DNA of 64,000 nucleotides from Tubulanus polymorphus (Eukaryota; Animalia; Nemertea): NCBI RefSeq assembly GCF_964204645.1, contig NC_134030.1, positions 4,940,778 to 5,004,777 of the forward strand, read 5' to 3'. Shown piece by piece: positions 63,583 to 64,000 of this stretch (position 1 is its first letter; each line of letters starts with the position of its first letter). The notes under the pieces were generated by a model. It saw only the letters and a program-made list of their open reading frames with translations, ran no database searches and was not told where the DNA came from. The position numbers and the translations under genes were made by a program.

Positions 63583-64000
63583 GTTAGTGTATACCTTAAA
63601 ATCTGTTGTGTAAGACAAGTGAATATCAAGTTTTAACAAAAACGTTTCCTTCATTAATTATGAATTATTACAGTTATCTATGTATATTTGAATTGTTAGT
63701 TGACAGTTATGGATATAGGGTAATAGAATTGTGTGCATGTGTGGTAAAAGGAAACACTTATCAAACACGAATGGTGTGTTATTTCACCAGTGGAATGAAT
63801 TGTTTGCTAATTCTCTCTTTTATGTCACCATGTTGTAATATGTGAGATCAATTCATGATTTCACTGTCACTCAGATCTGTCACTTATGTATGTTTTACCA
63901 TTTCTTTAAAAACTGATTACAATTCAATGTTTTTTTAAGTATACTGACTCTACAATTATGTGTTGTATAGAAGACTGCTTGCAGTAGATCTATTAGTTTG

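Overview
AT-rich, intron-containing animal genomic DNA, probably from a marine invertebrate (lophotrochozoan-like; this is an inference). It is not prokaryotic, so most short ORFs in the track are noise or exon fragments. Bases 1-27 kb carry no recognisable host gene, only MITEs, tRNA-derived SINE heads, a LINE 3' fragment, a degenerate hammerhead and clustered transcription-factor motifs. From 27 kb onward I reconstructed five spliced genes by hand. (1) IQCB1/NPHP5, minus strand, 14 exons, 586 aa. (2) A 54-aa signal-peptide/furin-site prepropeptide, minus strand, 32921-33378, which the ORF track does not assemble. (3) GABPA-type ETS factor, plus strand, 9 coding exons, 501 aa. (4) A 395-aa 'mini' major-vault-protein-like gene with about 3 vault-type repeats, an SPFH/shoulder domain and a coiled coil, minus strand, 10 coding exons. 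(5) A 7xIg + 2 or more FN3 cell-surface protein, plus strand, running off the right end. Between genes 4 and 5 is a ~240-bp tandem array in which each unit looks like an exon+intron, with a duplicated 5-unit (1188-bp) higher-order block. The best candidates for novelty are the mini-vault protein, the small secreted peptide and the exon-intron array. All identities come from recalled family sequences; no database search was run.
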